A stretch of DNA of 64,000 nucleotides, taken from positions 1,504,001-1,568,000 of the forward strand of contig OZ220733.1 of the NCBI GenBank assembly GCA_965116875.1. The letters run 5' to 3'. Positions within the stretch are counted from its first letter, which is position 1. Each line of letters begins with the position of its first letter. This document shows positions 49,338-59,548 of the stretch, piece after piece. Made by a program: the position numbers and the translations under genes. This DNA is from Candidatus Latescibacterota bacterium. Its GTDB lineage: Bacteria; Latescibacterota; UBA2968; GCA-2709665. Under the pieces are notes generated by a model. It ran no database searches. It had not been told where the DNA came from and saw nothing but the letters and a program-made list of their open reading frames with translations.

Positions 49338-51338
49338 ATGAGACTTCTCGCCCCCCTGTTCTTATTGTTGTCGGTCTGTATTCAGAAGCTTCCCGCCCAG
49401 GAAATCGGCGAGCCGATACCGGTCGAAATCGCCGAGAATTCAACGACACTGACCCTTGATTTCTCAAACCACGACTACCAGTTGATCCTCTATTCCATTG
49501 ATACGCATCTGGAAAACAGCAGTGTCGGGCTCAAGAGTCCGTTGGGCTACTCAGTGACCGCCGCTTTCGGCGCTTCGAATCCCGTTTTGGATGGCGGATT
49601 GGACCCCAGTCCGCAAGCGCCCGTTTCCAACCGTGCCAGTTTCGAAAGTATGTTGCGAGCACAGGAACGGAAACTTGCGAGCCGCCTGCAGGAATCCGGC
49701 GGCTACCGCCCGCCCGCGGCCAAGGTCTCCCCACAACAAATCGGCAGCACCCGGCAGTTCGTCTTTCCCGCATTCCGAGGTGTCTCGAAAACTACAGTTA
49801 CAGCGTCTCTTGTCGCCTCCGGCGAACGCGCGAATGCCTATGTGGACGTGACCGACGTCAACAAAATGAATGCTGACTCGCTCCAGGCGCAGGTCGACCG
49901 CTTCAGCGAAACAATCTATCCCATTGTCACGTCAGCATTCGGACCGGCTTCGGACGTGGATAACGATGGCAGGATCCACTTTCTCTATACCAATCTCGTA
50001 AACCCGGATGAATCCATTTTCGGCGCGGCCGGGTTCTTTCATGCCCCGTCGTTGCTAACCGTGAGTCAGGGAGGCAATGGTAATCTTTCCGATATGTTTT
50101 ATATCGACCCGGACTCCGATCCACGGAAAGTCGATGCCGTACTCGCACACGAATTTCAACATCTCATCAATTTCAATCAGCGCGTACTCGTTCGCAACGG
50201 ACAACCGGAAGTTCTCTGGCTCAATGAGGGGCTATCACACTACTGTGAAAACCTTATTGGCGAGAACTTCTTCAATGAATCGAATGCCGATTTCTTCCTC
50301 GATTATACCGGCAGCGGTCCATTGGTTACAAACGGGTCTTGTGTACGGAGGAGTCGTGGAGCCCTTTATCTTTTCGTACAAAGCCTTGTTGAGGAGTTTG
50401 GCTCAGGAATCGTGTCACGGCTGGTGCAAACCGACAAGACGGGTATTGAAAATCTAGAGGCCGCAACGGGCCGTCGATTTGGCGACATTTTCGACAGGCA
50501 CGTTTCGAGGCTGTTTTTGAGTGGATTGGGCCTCAACGCAAAACTCAACTATACGTCCGCGCCTCTTGCAGACGAAATCTCGCACGCTCGGGCATTTCCC
50601 CTCCCCACTCAGCCTGTAATCTGGCCGAAAGGCGGGTACCAGATCTATGACGGCGGCGGGTTCGATCCTGTCTTTCGGAGCGATGCGCACACGGTCACGG
50701 TCAAAGGGCTTTTGCATCAACTCTCACCCATGTACATTCGTTTGACGGGAAACCGGAAGCCCACGACGATTACCATTCAAACTGATCCGGATGGCGAATT
50801 CCGGGCCCAACTCATTCCCATACCCATCAATTATCAGCCGCGCATCGCGATACCCTCGAAATATTCGCCCCGCGCGACCTTCGATCCGCCCCTGCCGTTT
50901 CGGTTCCGGACAGGGCAGGCCATCTCCATAAGCGGGACCACATCCGATGCGGCGCCGTCCGGAATGGTTGATTTCCACTTTGAAAACGCCTTGAGAGAGA
51001 TCCGATTCCGTGCACCCGTTGCCGAGGGTCGGTTCAACAAACGGCTCTTTTTCTATCCGGATGAAGCAGGAAGATACACGCTTCGCATTGGCGTAAATAG
51101 GTACTTTTCAACGACATACAACGCGATGGTCGTATTACGGGGGGAACCCCCTTCTCCGGACTTCGACCGTGACGGAACTGTCGGATTCGCGGATTTCATC
51201 GTGTTTGCGCGAGCATTCGGCAAGTCCTGGGCCGACGAGGATTTCGAACCCTGGTTCGACCTGGACCTGGACGGCGAAGTTGGATTCTCCGACTTTCTGA
51301 TATTCGGGGAGGCTTTTGGTACGAACGGACTGCAATGA
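49338..51338 (+). CDS. secreted Zn metallopeptidase (M30/hyicolysin-like) with one Ig-like module and dockerin-like C-terminus
   Basis: signal peptide, SDVDNDG, LAHEFQHL, WLNEGLS, C-terminal DFDRDGTVGFADF...DLDLDGEVGFSDF. Confidence 0.82.
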   Translation: MRLLAPLFLLLSVCIQKLPAQEIGEPIPVEIAENSTTLTLDFSNHDYQLILYSIDTHLENSSVGLKSPLGYSVTAAFGASNPVLDGGLDPSPQAPVSNRASFESMLRAQERKLASRLQESGGYRPPAAKVSPQQIGSTRQFVFPAFRGVSKTTVTASLVASGERANAYVDVTDVNKMNADSLQAQVDRFSETIYPIVTSAFGPASDVDNDGRIHFLYTNLVNPDESIFGAAGFFHAPSLLTVSQGGNGNLSDMFYIDPDSDPRKVDAVLAHEFQHLINFNQRVLVRNGQPEVLWLNEGLSHYCENLIGENFFNESNADFFLDYTGSGPLVTNGSCVRRSRGALYLFVQSLVEEFGSGIVSRLVQTDKTGIENLEAATGRRFGDIFDRHVSRLFLSGLGLNAKLNYTSAPLADEISHARAFPLPTQPVIWPKGGYQIYDGGGFDPVFRSDAHTVTVKGLLHQLSPMYIRLTGNRKPTTITIQTDPDGEFRAQLIPIPINYQPRIAIPSKYSPRATFDPPLPFRFRTGQAISISGTTSDAAPSGMVDFHFENALREIRFRAPVAEGRFNKRLFFYPDEAGRYTLRIGVNRYFSTTYNAMVVLRGEPPSPDFDRDGTVGFADFIVFARAFGKSWADEDFEPWFDLDLDGEVGFSDFLIFGEAFGTNGLQ

Positions 51339-51446
51339 TGCGAAGGATCCATTCCTGATTTCAACCGTGGCAGATCGCCTCAGCATTCGCAGCATATCAG
51401 TCTCCAGCGGTGCGCGATCAGTCTCAAACGTTCAAGGAGGCTGGAG

Positions 51447-52712
51447 ATGAGAATTTTGGCAAGTGCGTTCCTCCTGACATCACTCTGTCTGCAACCGCTG
51501 ACTTCGAACGGTCAATCCAACAGTACGATACCAAGAGATTTTTTCTCAGGGATCACGTTGGATGCGTCCGTGTCCGGCCCATTCCTGTCGTACATGCCGA
51601 TTCAAATTTCCGGTACCGTATCCGATCCTCTGATATCCGAGATCCAGTTTCGATTCCTGTACAACGACCATGAGGAAATAAACCAGTGTGGGGCGGCATA
51701 TTGGTACATGGTTCCGGTCCGTGACCAGGAATTCAAACATACGTTATTCTTCAATCACGAACAGGCAGATGAATACGTTCTGCAGTTGAACCTCAAACGG
51801 TGGAAGCCGCCATACTCCTCAGCAGGTGCGTTCCGTCCCTTCGCTGTTCAGAAAGGCCCTGAGATATCGCCGATTCCTGTCGGCTTCTTTTCCGACATCG
51901 AACTGGACTCACCGATCCCCGTTGAAATGATTACCGGTCAGGTTGTTCGTGTTTCCGCAACGGTATTCGACCCGGCGTTATACATGGTCAAGCTGCATTT
52001 CTACAATGAAGCCGGTGATTTTCCGATGTCGCACATAGTCCCGGTGATCGACGGTCGACTTAAAAAACCGATATTCCTGCCGCACAAAACAGCTGGTGTT
52101 TACACACTGGCACTGGAAAGGTTTCACTCCGGGAACACCGTACAAATAAGACGTGACGTCTTCGGCCCCATAAACGTGAAAGAAGGCGAGGGCGCCGCGT
52201 TCTTTCCTTTCGACTACTTCGAGGAAATCGAACTTACGTCGCCGATGCCAGTCGTCTTCGCGCTTGGACGAAAGGTTCGAGTTACCGGTATCGTTTCCGA
52301 TCCACTCGTGCGTCAAGTCGATTTTGAGTTCTTTATTCGCAAATCGGGCCAAAATTTCCCGGGCCTTGTCGTCTTCAGTTCACCTGTGACCAACGGCGAA
52401 TTCAGCATAGATACCGATTTTTCACTCGAACACGGCCACCGACCTGGCGATGGTTCGTTGAATGTATTTCTGTGGAGACGGGGTAACCGCTCGCTCGGCC
52501 CAAGAATATTCAGGCCAATTGCCCTCGAAGCACCCCCCAAGCCGGACTTCGACGGAGACGGGACGGTTGGGTTTCCGGATTTCATCCTGTTTGCAGGAGC
52601 GTTCGGCACGTCTTCAGAAGATCAGAATTTCGAATCCCGGTTCGACCTGAATGGCGATGGAACCGTTGATTTCGGCGACTTTCTAATCTTCGCGCAAGCA
52701 TTTGGACAGTGA
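51447..52712 (+). CDS. secreted protein with three Ig-like repeats and dockerin-like C-terminus
   Basis: AAGGAGG RBS, signal peptide, 3x FFxxIxLxxP..SDP repeat, DFDGDG/DLNGDG tail. Confidence 0.8.
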   Translation: MRILASAFLLTSLCLQPLTSNGQSNSTIPRDFFSGITLDASVSGPFLSYMPIQISGTVSDPLISEIQFRFLYNDHEEINQCGAAYWYMVPVRDQEFKHTLFFNHEQADEYVLQLNLKRWKPPYSSAGAFRPFAVQKGPEISPIPVGFFSDIELDSPIPVEMITGQVVRVSATVFDPALYMVKLHFYNEAGDFPMSHIVPVIDGRLKKPIFLPHKTAGVYTLALERFHSGNTVQIRRDVFGPINVKEGEGAAFFPFDYFEEIELTSPMPVVFALGRKVRVTGIVSDPLVRQVDFEFFIRKSGQNFPGLVVFSSPVTNGEFSIDTDFSLEHGHRPGDGSLNVFLWRRGNRSLGPRIFRPIALEAPPKPDFDGDGTVGFPDFILFAGAFGTSSEDQNFESRFDLNGDGTVDFGDFLIFAQAFGQ

Positions 52713-52722
52713 TAAGGGGCGA

Positions 52723-52900
52723 CTAAGACAGGCGGGAGGGCGGGAAGGTAAGGTTTCTCTGGGCGTGTTGTTTGTGCTTTCTGTTGTATACTCTCCTGAA
52801 TTCCAGGCCTTTTGCACCGAAGCTGATGAGCAGACCGACGTTGAGATCAGGTGTCTCGGGGTAGTTTTTGGCCCGCGACAGGTGGGCGTCCGACGTCGAT
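52723..52900 (-). pseudogene. GxxExxY nuclease remnant (C-terminal third)
   Basis: DAHLSRAKNYPETPDLNVGLLISFGAKGLEFRRV aligns with DVHLAQAINYLEAYDLEVGLLVNFGAKSLEFKRV; N-terminal motifs absent. Confidence 0.8.
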
Positions 52901-53201
52901 GCAAGTCTCAGGACAATCTCGAGATTGACTATAGTTGACCGCGATAGATCAGGAAGCTTGTCGAATTCAGTAGAGTTTCTGCTACGATTGGACAAAGTTA
53001 ATTGACAACAAACAGCGACTCACCGACCATTGTGCAATCGTGGCAACAGGATTGCACGCCCTGTGCCAATTCAGCTTAACGCTTACAGTGCCAAAGGCGT
53101 TTTTCGATGGCAGAACACAAGAAAAGTCATAAGAATCGCACCGAGAATGGGTCGGTTTCCACCGGCATGTGTACCTTAGAGGTCCTGAAAGGAGACGAGA
53201 G

Positions 53202-55190
53202 ATGAGACTTCTCACCTCCGTTTTCATATTGTTGTCGATCTGGATTCAGAAGCTGCCCGCCCAGGAAATTGGTGAGCCGATACCGGTCGAAATCGCCGAG
53301 ACTTCAACGACTCTGACCCTTGATTTCTCGAAATGCGATTACGAGTTGATCCTCTATTCCATTGACACCCATTTGGAAAACGGTGGATTCGGTCACCAAA
53401 GTTCGTTGGGTTACTCCGTGACCGCCGCTTTCGGCGCTTCGGATCCCGTTTCGGATGGCGGTTTGAAGGTCAGTCCACAAGCGCCCGTTCCGGACAGCGT
53501 CAGCCTTGAAAGCCTGCTTCGCGCGCGGGAACGGGAACTTGCGAGCCGCCTGCAGGAAACCGGCGGCTATCGCCCGGGCGCGGCGAAGATCGTCCCGGAA
53601 GAATCAGACAGAATCCGCAAGTTTATCTTTCCCTCGCTTCAAGGCCTGCCAAGGGTCACGATTACTGCGCTTCTGGTAGCGAGCGGCGAGCGTGCGAATG
53701 CCTACGTGGACCTGCTCGACGTCGGCCGGATGAGCAATGAGTCGATCAAAGCGCAGGTCGCCCGCTTCAGCGAGACAACGTATCCCATTGTCACGTCCGC
53801 AATCGGGTCGGCTTCGGACGTGGATAACGATGGCAAGATCCACTTTCTATACACCAATCGCGTGAACCCGGATGATTCCATCTTCGGCGCGGGGGCGTTC
53901 TTCCATGCCCCGTCGTTGCTATCGGTGGATCAGGGAGGCGACGGTAATCTATCCGATATGTTCTATATCGACCCGGACACGGATTCATGGAGAATGGATG
54001 CCGTGCTGGCACACGAGTTTCAACATCTCATCAGCTTCAACCAGCGCGTACTCCTTCGGAACGGACAACCGGAGGATCTCTGGCTTAATGAGGGGTTATC
54101 GCACTTCTGCGAAGACCTTATAGGCGAGAACCGCGCGCACAATGACTGGCATGTCGATATCTTGCTGAGATATACCGGTGGCGGACCGTTGATCACCAGG
54201 CGCGCAAGCCAAAAAAATCGGGGAGCCGCGTATCTTTTTGTGCGCAGCCTTGTTGAGGAATTCGGCCCAGGCGTCCTGGCACGGTTGGTACAATCCGATA
54301 AGGCGGGTCTCGAAAATGTAGAATCCGCAACGGGCGACCGATTTGACCGGATTTTCGACAGGCACGTTGCGAGGCTGCTGTTGAGTGGATTGGGCCTCAA
54401 TACCGAACTCAACTATACAACAGCGCCACTTGCAGACGACGTTTCGCGCGCTCGGGCATTTCCGCTCCCTCATCAAGCATTGATCTGGCCGGGAGGTGGG
54501 TACCAGATCGACGACCGGGGATTTGCGCCGATCCGCAGGGATGATACGCAAGCCGTCACGATCCAGGGAGAAATACTCCAACTCTCGCCGGTGTATATTC
54601 GTCTGATCGGAAATCGGCAACCGACGAAGATTGCCATACGTACAGATCCAAAAGGTGATTTTCGAGCACAACTCGTTTCTGTCCCCGTGAACTATCAGCC
54701 TCAAATCTCGATATCCGGGAATTATTGGCCCCGTGTTGCTCTTGACACGCCGTTGCCCGTGCAGTTCTGGGTAGGCGAGGCCATTCCTGTCAGCGGAAGA
54801 ATCTCCAATGCGTCATTGACCGGAACTGTCGAGTTCTGGTTCGAAAGCGGCTTTCGAGTGATCCGCTTGCAAACGCCAATTACAGATGGAAAATTCAGCA
54901 AGACACTCTTCTTTTCTCCAGATGAAGTCGGGAGATATTCGTTCTCCATCACGGTGGCGGAATGGCACGGGTCAGCGGTCTTTTACCCAATGGACGTGGC
55001 ACACAGGGAACCCCCTTCTCCGGACTTTGACCACGACGGGACGGTTGGGTTCCCGGATTTCATCCTCTTTGCGCGCGCGTTCGGCAAGTCCAGGGGCGAC
55101 GAGGACTGGGAATCCCGGTTCGATCTTGATCTCGACGGCGAGGTGGGATTCTCGGACTATTTGATGTTCGCGGACGCGTTCGGTCAATAG
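53202..55190 (+). CDS. secreted Zn metallopeptidase, paralog of 49338-51338
   Basis: near-identical N-terminus IQKLPAQEIGEPIPVEIAE, LAHEFQHL, WLNEGLS, dockerin-like tail. Confidence 0.82.
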   Translation: MRLLTSVFILLSIWIQKLPAQEIGEPIPVEIAETSTTLTLDFSKCDYELILYSIDTHLENGGFGHQSSLGYSVTAAFGASDPVSDGGLKVSPQAPVPDSVSLESLLRARERELASRLQETGGYRPGAAKIVPEESDRIRKFIFPSLQGLPRVTITALLVASGERANAYVDLLDVGRMSNESIKAQVARFSETTYPIVTSAIGSASDVDNDGKIHFLYTNRVNPDDSIFGAGAFFHAPSLLSVDQGGDGNLSDMFYIDPDTDSWRMDAVLAHEFQHLISFNQRVLLRNGQPEDLWLNEGLSHFCEDLIGENRAHNDWHVDILLRYTGGGPLITRRASQKNRGAAYLFVRSLVEEFGPGVLARLVQSDKAGLENVESATGDRFDRIFDRHVARLLLSGLGLNTELNYTTAPLADDVSRARAFPLPHQALIWPGGGYQIDDRGFAPIRRDDTQAVTIQGEILQLSPVYIRLIGNRQPTKIAIRTDPKGDFRAQLVSVPVNYQPQISISGNYWPRVALDTPLPVQFWVGEAIPVSGRISNASLTGTVEFWFESGFRVIRLQTPITDGKFSKTLFFSPDEVGRYSFSITVAEWHGSAVFYPMDVAHREPPSPDFDHDGTVGFPDFILFARAFGKSRGDEDWESRFDLDLDGEVGFSDYLMFADAFGQ

Positions 55191-55284
55191 CTCGCTCTGG
55201 TTGCAGCGATTGAACCCCACGGCACTCAATCCAAACCATTCTCTTTCGGTATTTATTCCGTCTCAAACACAGCTGGAGGCCGGA

Positions 55285-56541
55285 ATGAGGTCCTTTGCAA
55301 GCGCTTTCCTTCTGTCGGTATTCTGCTTGCATCCGCTATTCGCAAACAACCAATCCAACATCCATATTTCAACCGATTATTTCACAGGCATTACGCTTGA
55401 CAAGCCGGTAAGCGGTCCGTTCTATTCGTACACGCCGATCCATTTTTCCGGCACGGTGTCCGATCCCACCGTGTCCCTGGTCAGATTTGAAGTCTATTTC
55501 AACGAGGCTGAAGACATAGTTAACTGTAATACGTTCAATTACTATAAGGTCCCCGTGCGCGACCGGAGATTCAGCCATACGTTGTTCTTTTCAAATGAAC
55601 AGGCGGATTGGTACCATCTACAGCTTCTTACAAAACTGGGTAAACAGCCGTACTCTTCGGCAGGTGTAGTCCATTCGATCGAAATACAGGAAAACACGAA
55701 AACCTCGCCGATTCCTACCGGTTACTTTCCCGACATTGAATTTGATGCAGGGATACCTGTAGAAATCACGACCGGGCAGACAGTTCGAGTTTCCGGCGCA
55801 TTATTCGACCCGTCTATATCGATGATCGCATTGACCTTCTTTCGGAAGAATGTGGACCTTCCGTTGATACACCGCGCGCCGGTGATAGACGGTAAATTCA
55901 GCAAGATGATTTTCTTTGCTCACAAGACAGCAGGCGTATACGAACTTGAGCTCTGGAGATACCAGGGCAGCGGACAAGGTGCTGCCCCTCAGGATGTATT
56001 CGGGCCCATCCATGTCATGAAAGGCTCGGGAATCGCGTACCTCCCTTACGACTACTTTGAGGAAGTCGTCATTACTTCGCGTACGCCAGTTGTATTTGCG
56101 CCGGGTCAGAAACTGCGGATTACCGGCGCAGTATCCGATCCTTCGGTGTCCAATGTCGAATTCCGGTTCTGGATGCCTGGAGGGTATTTGGGGCAGTCAC
56201 CCGGGACCACGGACGCAGAATTCAAAGCAGCAACCAGCTTTAGACAATTTACCTTGATGGTCGATTTTCCATCCCAACAGCAACCTGGAGATTATCGGCT
56301 CGATGTATTCTTGCATAGACGAGACAATCGTTCCCAGGGCCCCAGAACATTCTGGCCGATTACCATACTCCCCTCCGCTGACTTCGACGGCAATGGCACG
56401 GTCGATCTCGCGGATTTCAGAGTATTTGTACGAGCATTTGGCAGCCCTGCAGTTGGCGAAGGATTCAGGTTCGATCTGAATGGCGATGGGACCGTTGATT
56501 TCGACGATTTCCTGATCTTTGCGAAAGCCTTTGGACAATGA
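55285..56541 (+). CDS. secreted Ig-like-repeat protein, paralog of 51447-52712
   Basis: GGAGG RBS; shares PVSGPF, HTLFF, PYSSAG, HKTAGVY and the dockerin-like tail. Confidence 0.8.
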   Translation: MRSFASAFLLSVFCLHPLFANNQSNIHISTDYFTGITLDKPVSGPFYSYTPIHFSGTVSDPTVSLVRFEVYFNEAEDIVNCNTFNYYKVPVRDRRFSHTLFFSNEQADWYHLQLLTKLGKQPYSSAGVVHSIEIQENTKTSPIPTGYFPDIEFDAGIPVEITTGQTVRVSGALFDPSISMIALTFFRKNVDLPLIHRAPVIDGKFSKMIFFAHKTAGVYELELWRYQGSGQGAAPQDVFGPIHVMKGSGIAYLPYDYFEEVVITSRTPVVFAPGQKLRITGAVSDPSVSNVEFRFWMPGGYLGQSPGTTDAEFKAATSFRQFTLMVDFPSQQQPGDYRLDVFLHRRDNRSQGPRTFWPITILPSADFDGNGTVDLADFRVFVRAFGSPAVGEGFRFDLNGDGTVDFDDFLIFAKAFGQ

Positions 56542-56932
56542 TTGACGTTGATCCGGAGCATATAAAGACTCGGAATCTTCTTCTCCTGCCCCTTCGCCTG
56601 CCACAATGAGCGCCACGTTGTGTTTCCCCTATCGGCCCCACCCGCGATGTGCCGTCGTCGTGACGTGTTGCCGGTATTCCTTTCGCAACAGCCTTCCTGA
56701 AGCGTTTTCCCGATGAAGTCCGGTGAAATGGCTTGACAATGCCCCCGGGTTGCCTGATGTTTTGCAATGGGGCGAGGGGGCGATCCTCTGCGCCCTCCGG
56801 TTGATCCGACGAGTCGACATAGACGTGCGTCTCCATCCCGCCGGCGCCCGCGGGTCCGCATCCCCGGCGACCGGGACGTCGGTTGTTCTGGCGGCGTGTA
56901 TTCCGTACCCGATATTTACTGGACGGCCAACA

Positions 56933-59548
56933 ATGACACGTTTTTCCGTTTCCATTCTCCTGTTGTTATTCTCCTTTCAGCCGGTTTCCGCGCAGAAGAT
57001 CGGGGAACCCCAGGCGGTCCGACTTCTGGGGACGCAAACGCATCTGAACCTCGATTTTACCGACAGGGACTACATGATGTTCCTGTATTCCCTGAATACG
57101 GAAGCGCCACCCGATCTCAAGGAGAGTCCGGAGTACGCGTTCGCTGTATTCGGCGTCTCCAGCGGCGCCAAATCCGCGGGCGTCTCCATTCCCGGCCCCG
57201 GCGCGACGGTCCATTCGGGGGGCGGCCTGGAAGCGCAGCTTCGAAAAAGGGAGCACGACCTTGCCCGCCGCGTACGTCTGACCGGCGGATACCGTCCCCC
57301 GGCGACGAGAATCGCGCCGCATCAGGCGGCCTCCCGCCTCTTCGGATTTCCGGCATACGGCAACGTACCCGACACGACCGTGACCGCGATGCTCATCGAG
57401 GCCGGCCACCGGGCGATTGCCTACGTGGACGTGGCCGACACCGCGCGCATCAGCAGGACGCGGATCCAGTCGGACGTCCACCAGTTTGGCGTCAAGATCC
57501 ATCCCGTTGTGACGTCCGCGCTCTTGCGCGATCCGGGCAGGGGAGACGTGGGACGGGTGTACCTGCTCTACACCCACCTGGTTGACGAAGTGGGTAACGA
57601 TACCACCATGGTACGCGGATTCTTCAGCGCCGCATCGCTCCTGCCCGAGAACCAGGGCGGCAACGGCGACCAGATCAACCTGCTCTTTATCAACCCGTTC
57701 AACGATCCAGGCGTCTCCGATGCCGTACTTGCCCATGAATTCCAACACCTCTTCAGCTTCCACCAGCACGTGCTCATTCGCAACGGCCGGCCGGAAGAAA
57801 ACTGGCTCAATGAAGGACTTTCGCACCTCTGCGAGGACCTGGTTGGCGGACACGAGGCGCACAATCGACAGAATATCGAGCGCTTCCTCGCCAACCCGCG
57901 TGGTACGCCGCTGCGTGGATCGGTGGATGACCCGGGAGTCCGCGGCGCCGCCTATCTGTTTGTCCGGAGTCTCATCGAAGACTTCGGCATGGAAGTCCTC
58001 CCGCGCCTGGTCCAGACGAACAACGTCGGACTCCGCAACGTGAGAGAAGCCGCCGGAGACCGCATCACCGCCGTTTACGAGAGATTTCTGTCGCGGCTGT
58101 ATCTGACCGGGTCGGGAATCAACCCGTCGCTCGAATTCACCACGCCCCTTCTGGCGGACTCTACGAACGGCGCCCGGCTCTTCCCCCTTCCGGACGTCAT
58201 TCCCGTCACATCGGAATCTCCCCCCGCACAGGGCAGCGTCCAGCCCCTGTCCGCGGCCTTTATGCGACTGTCGTATGAAGAGAACCCCACAATATGGATC
58301 CAGACCGACGTCGAGGGTTCTCCGAGCGTGTTCCTTATCCCCGTTCCGCCTCGCGGCCGGACCGATATCACAATTCCCGCCGATTTCTTCAGAGGAATTA
58401 CGCTGGATGCGCCGGTTTCCGGACCCTTTGTTTCCTACAAACCGATTCGATTTTCCGGCGCGGTATCCGATCCTTCAATATCCGAGATCGAGTTTGTGCT
58501 CCTTCTCGAAGATTTCAGCACGAGAAACCGGTTCGTCGTCCCTGTCCGCGACGGAAAATTCACCCATACGTTCTTCTTTTCACACGAGCAGGCGGGCGAC
58601 TACCGGTTGCAGGTCAGAACCAGAACGCAGGCTCAGCAGGACTCCGATCCGGCGGGCACTTTCGGCGCCTTCACGATCGCAGAAGGGCAGGAGACGGCCC
58701 CAATCCCGGCCGGATACTTTGCCGACATTCTCCTCTCCTCGCCGTTCCCCGTGGAATTTCGCACGGGACAGCCGATCCGGATTTCCGGCGCGGTATCCGA
58801 TCCGTCGCTGACTGCAATCACCTTCAGCTTCTGGCACGAGGACATCGACCGGTCCGTGCACTTCGAGGCGCCCGTGATCGATGGGCAATTCAGCAAAACG
58901 GTCCTCTTCACGCACGCTCAATCCGGCGTTCATCAGCTGGCGATCAACAGACAACGGGGAGATACGAACTACGCGCTTCCGCAGGACTCATTCAGTCCCC
59001 TCGTTGTGACGCAGGGAGAAGGCCCGATCCTGATTCCCGAGGATTTCTTCGAAGGAATCCGGCTGGACGCGCCGATGCCCATTGAATACCGGATCGGCCA
59101 ACCGGTGCGGGTGGACGGGGCCATATCCGATCCATCGGTATCGCAGATCGAATTCAGTTTCTCCACGTTTGGGGGGGATTCCGAAGCGCCCTGGGGATGG
59201 TCGGACACGCGTTTCGTCGCGCAGGTCGTGGACGGGCGATTCAGCACGGACATCGAGTTTTCACGCCAGCAGCAGGTCTCGGCTGACTATAGGCTGGACG
59301 TGTGGCTGTGGAGAAGCGGGGAACGTTCGGCGGGATTCAGGAGGTTTGAGCCGGTTTCCATCGGATCGGCGCCATCTCCCGACTTCAACGGCGACGGAAC
59401 GGTGGGATTTGCGGACTTTGTCGCGTTTGCGGAAGCGTTCGGCAGTACGTCCGCGGATCCGGACTTCGATCCGAAGTTCGATCTGGACGGCAATGGGACC
59501 GTTGGATTGGGGGATTTTGTGATCTTTGCCAGGGCGTTCGGGGGGTGA
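56933..59548 (+). CDS. fused metallopeptidase + three Ig-like repeats + dockerin-like domain
   Basis: signal peptide VSA-Q, LAHEFQHL, WLNEGLS, then IPADFFRGITLDAPVSGPF repeats, DFNGDG/DLDGNG tail. Confidence 0.82.
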   Translation: MTRFSVSILLLLFSFQPVSAQKIGEPQAVRLLGTQTHLNLDFTDRDYMMFLYSLNTEAPPDLKESPEYAFAVFGVSSGAKSAGVSIPGPGATVHSGGGLEAQLRKREHDLARRVRLTGGYRPPATRIAPHQAASRLFGFPAYGNVPDTTVTAMLIEAGHRAIAYVDVADTARISRTRIQSDVHQFGVKIHPVVTSALLRDPGRGDVGRVYLLYTHLVDEVGNDTTMVRGFFSAASLLPENQGGNGDQINLLFINPFNDPGVSDAVLAHEFQHLFSFHQHVLIRNGRPEENWLNEGLSHLCEDLVGGHEAHNRQNIERFLANPRGTPLRGSVDDPGVRGAAYLFVRSLIEDFGMEVLPRLVQTNNVGLRNVREAAGDRITAVYERFLSRLYLTGSGINPSLEFTTPLLADSTNGARLFPLPDVIPVTSESPPAQGSVQPLSAAFMRLSYEENPTIWIQTDVEGSPSVFLIPVPPRGRTDITIPADFFRGITLDAPVSGPFVSYKPIRFSGAVSDPSISEIEFVLLLEDFSTRNRFVVPVRDGKFTHTFFFSHEQAGDYRLQVRTRTQAQQDSDPAGTFGAFTIAEGQETAPIPAGYFADILLSSPFPVEFRTGQPIRISGAVSDPSLTAITFSFWHEDIDRSVHFEAPVIDGQFSKTVLFTHAQSGVHQLAINRQRGDTNYALPQDSFSPLVVTQGEGPILIPEDFFEGIRLDAPMPIEYRIGQPVRVDGAISDPSVSQIEFSFSTFGGDSEAPWGWSDTRFVAQVVDGRFSTDIEFSRQQQVSADYRLDVWLWRSGERSAGFRRFEPVSIGSAPSPDFNGDGTVGFADFVAFAEAFGSTSADPDFDPKFDLDGNGTVGLGDFVIFARAFGG

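Noticed and set aside
49338-59548. Diversity-generating retroelement acting on the paralogous C-termini
   Set aside because: No reverse transcriptase, no non-coding template repeat, and the differences are not adenine-specific.
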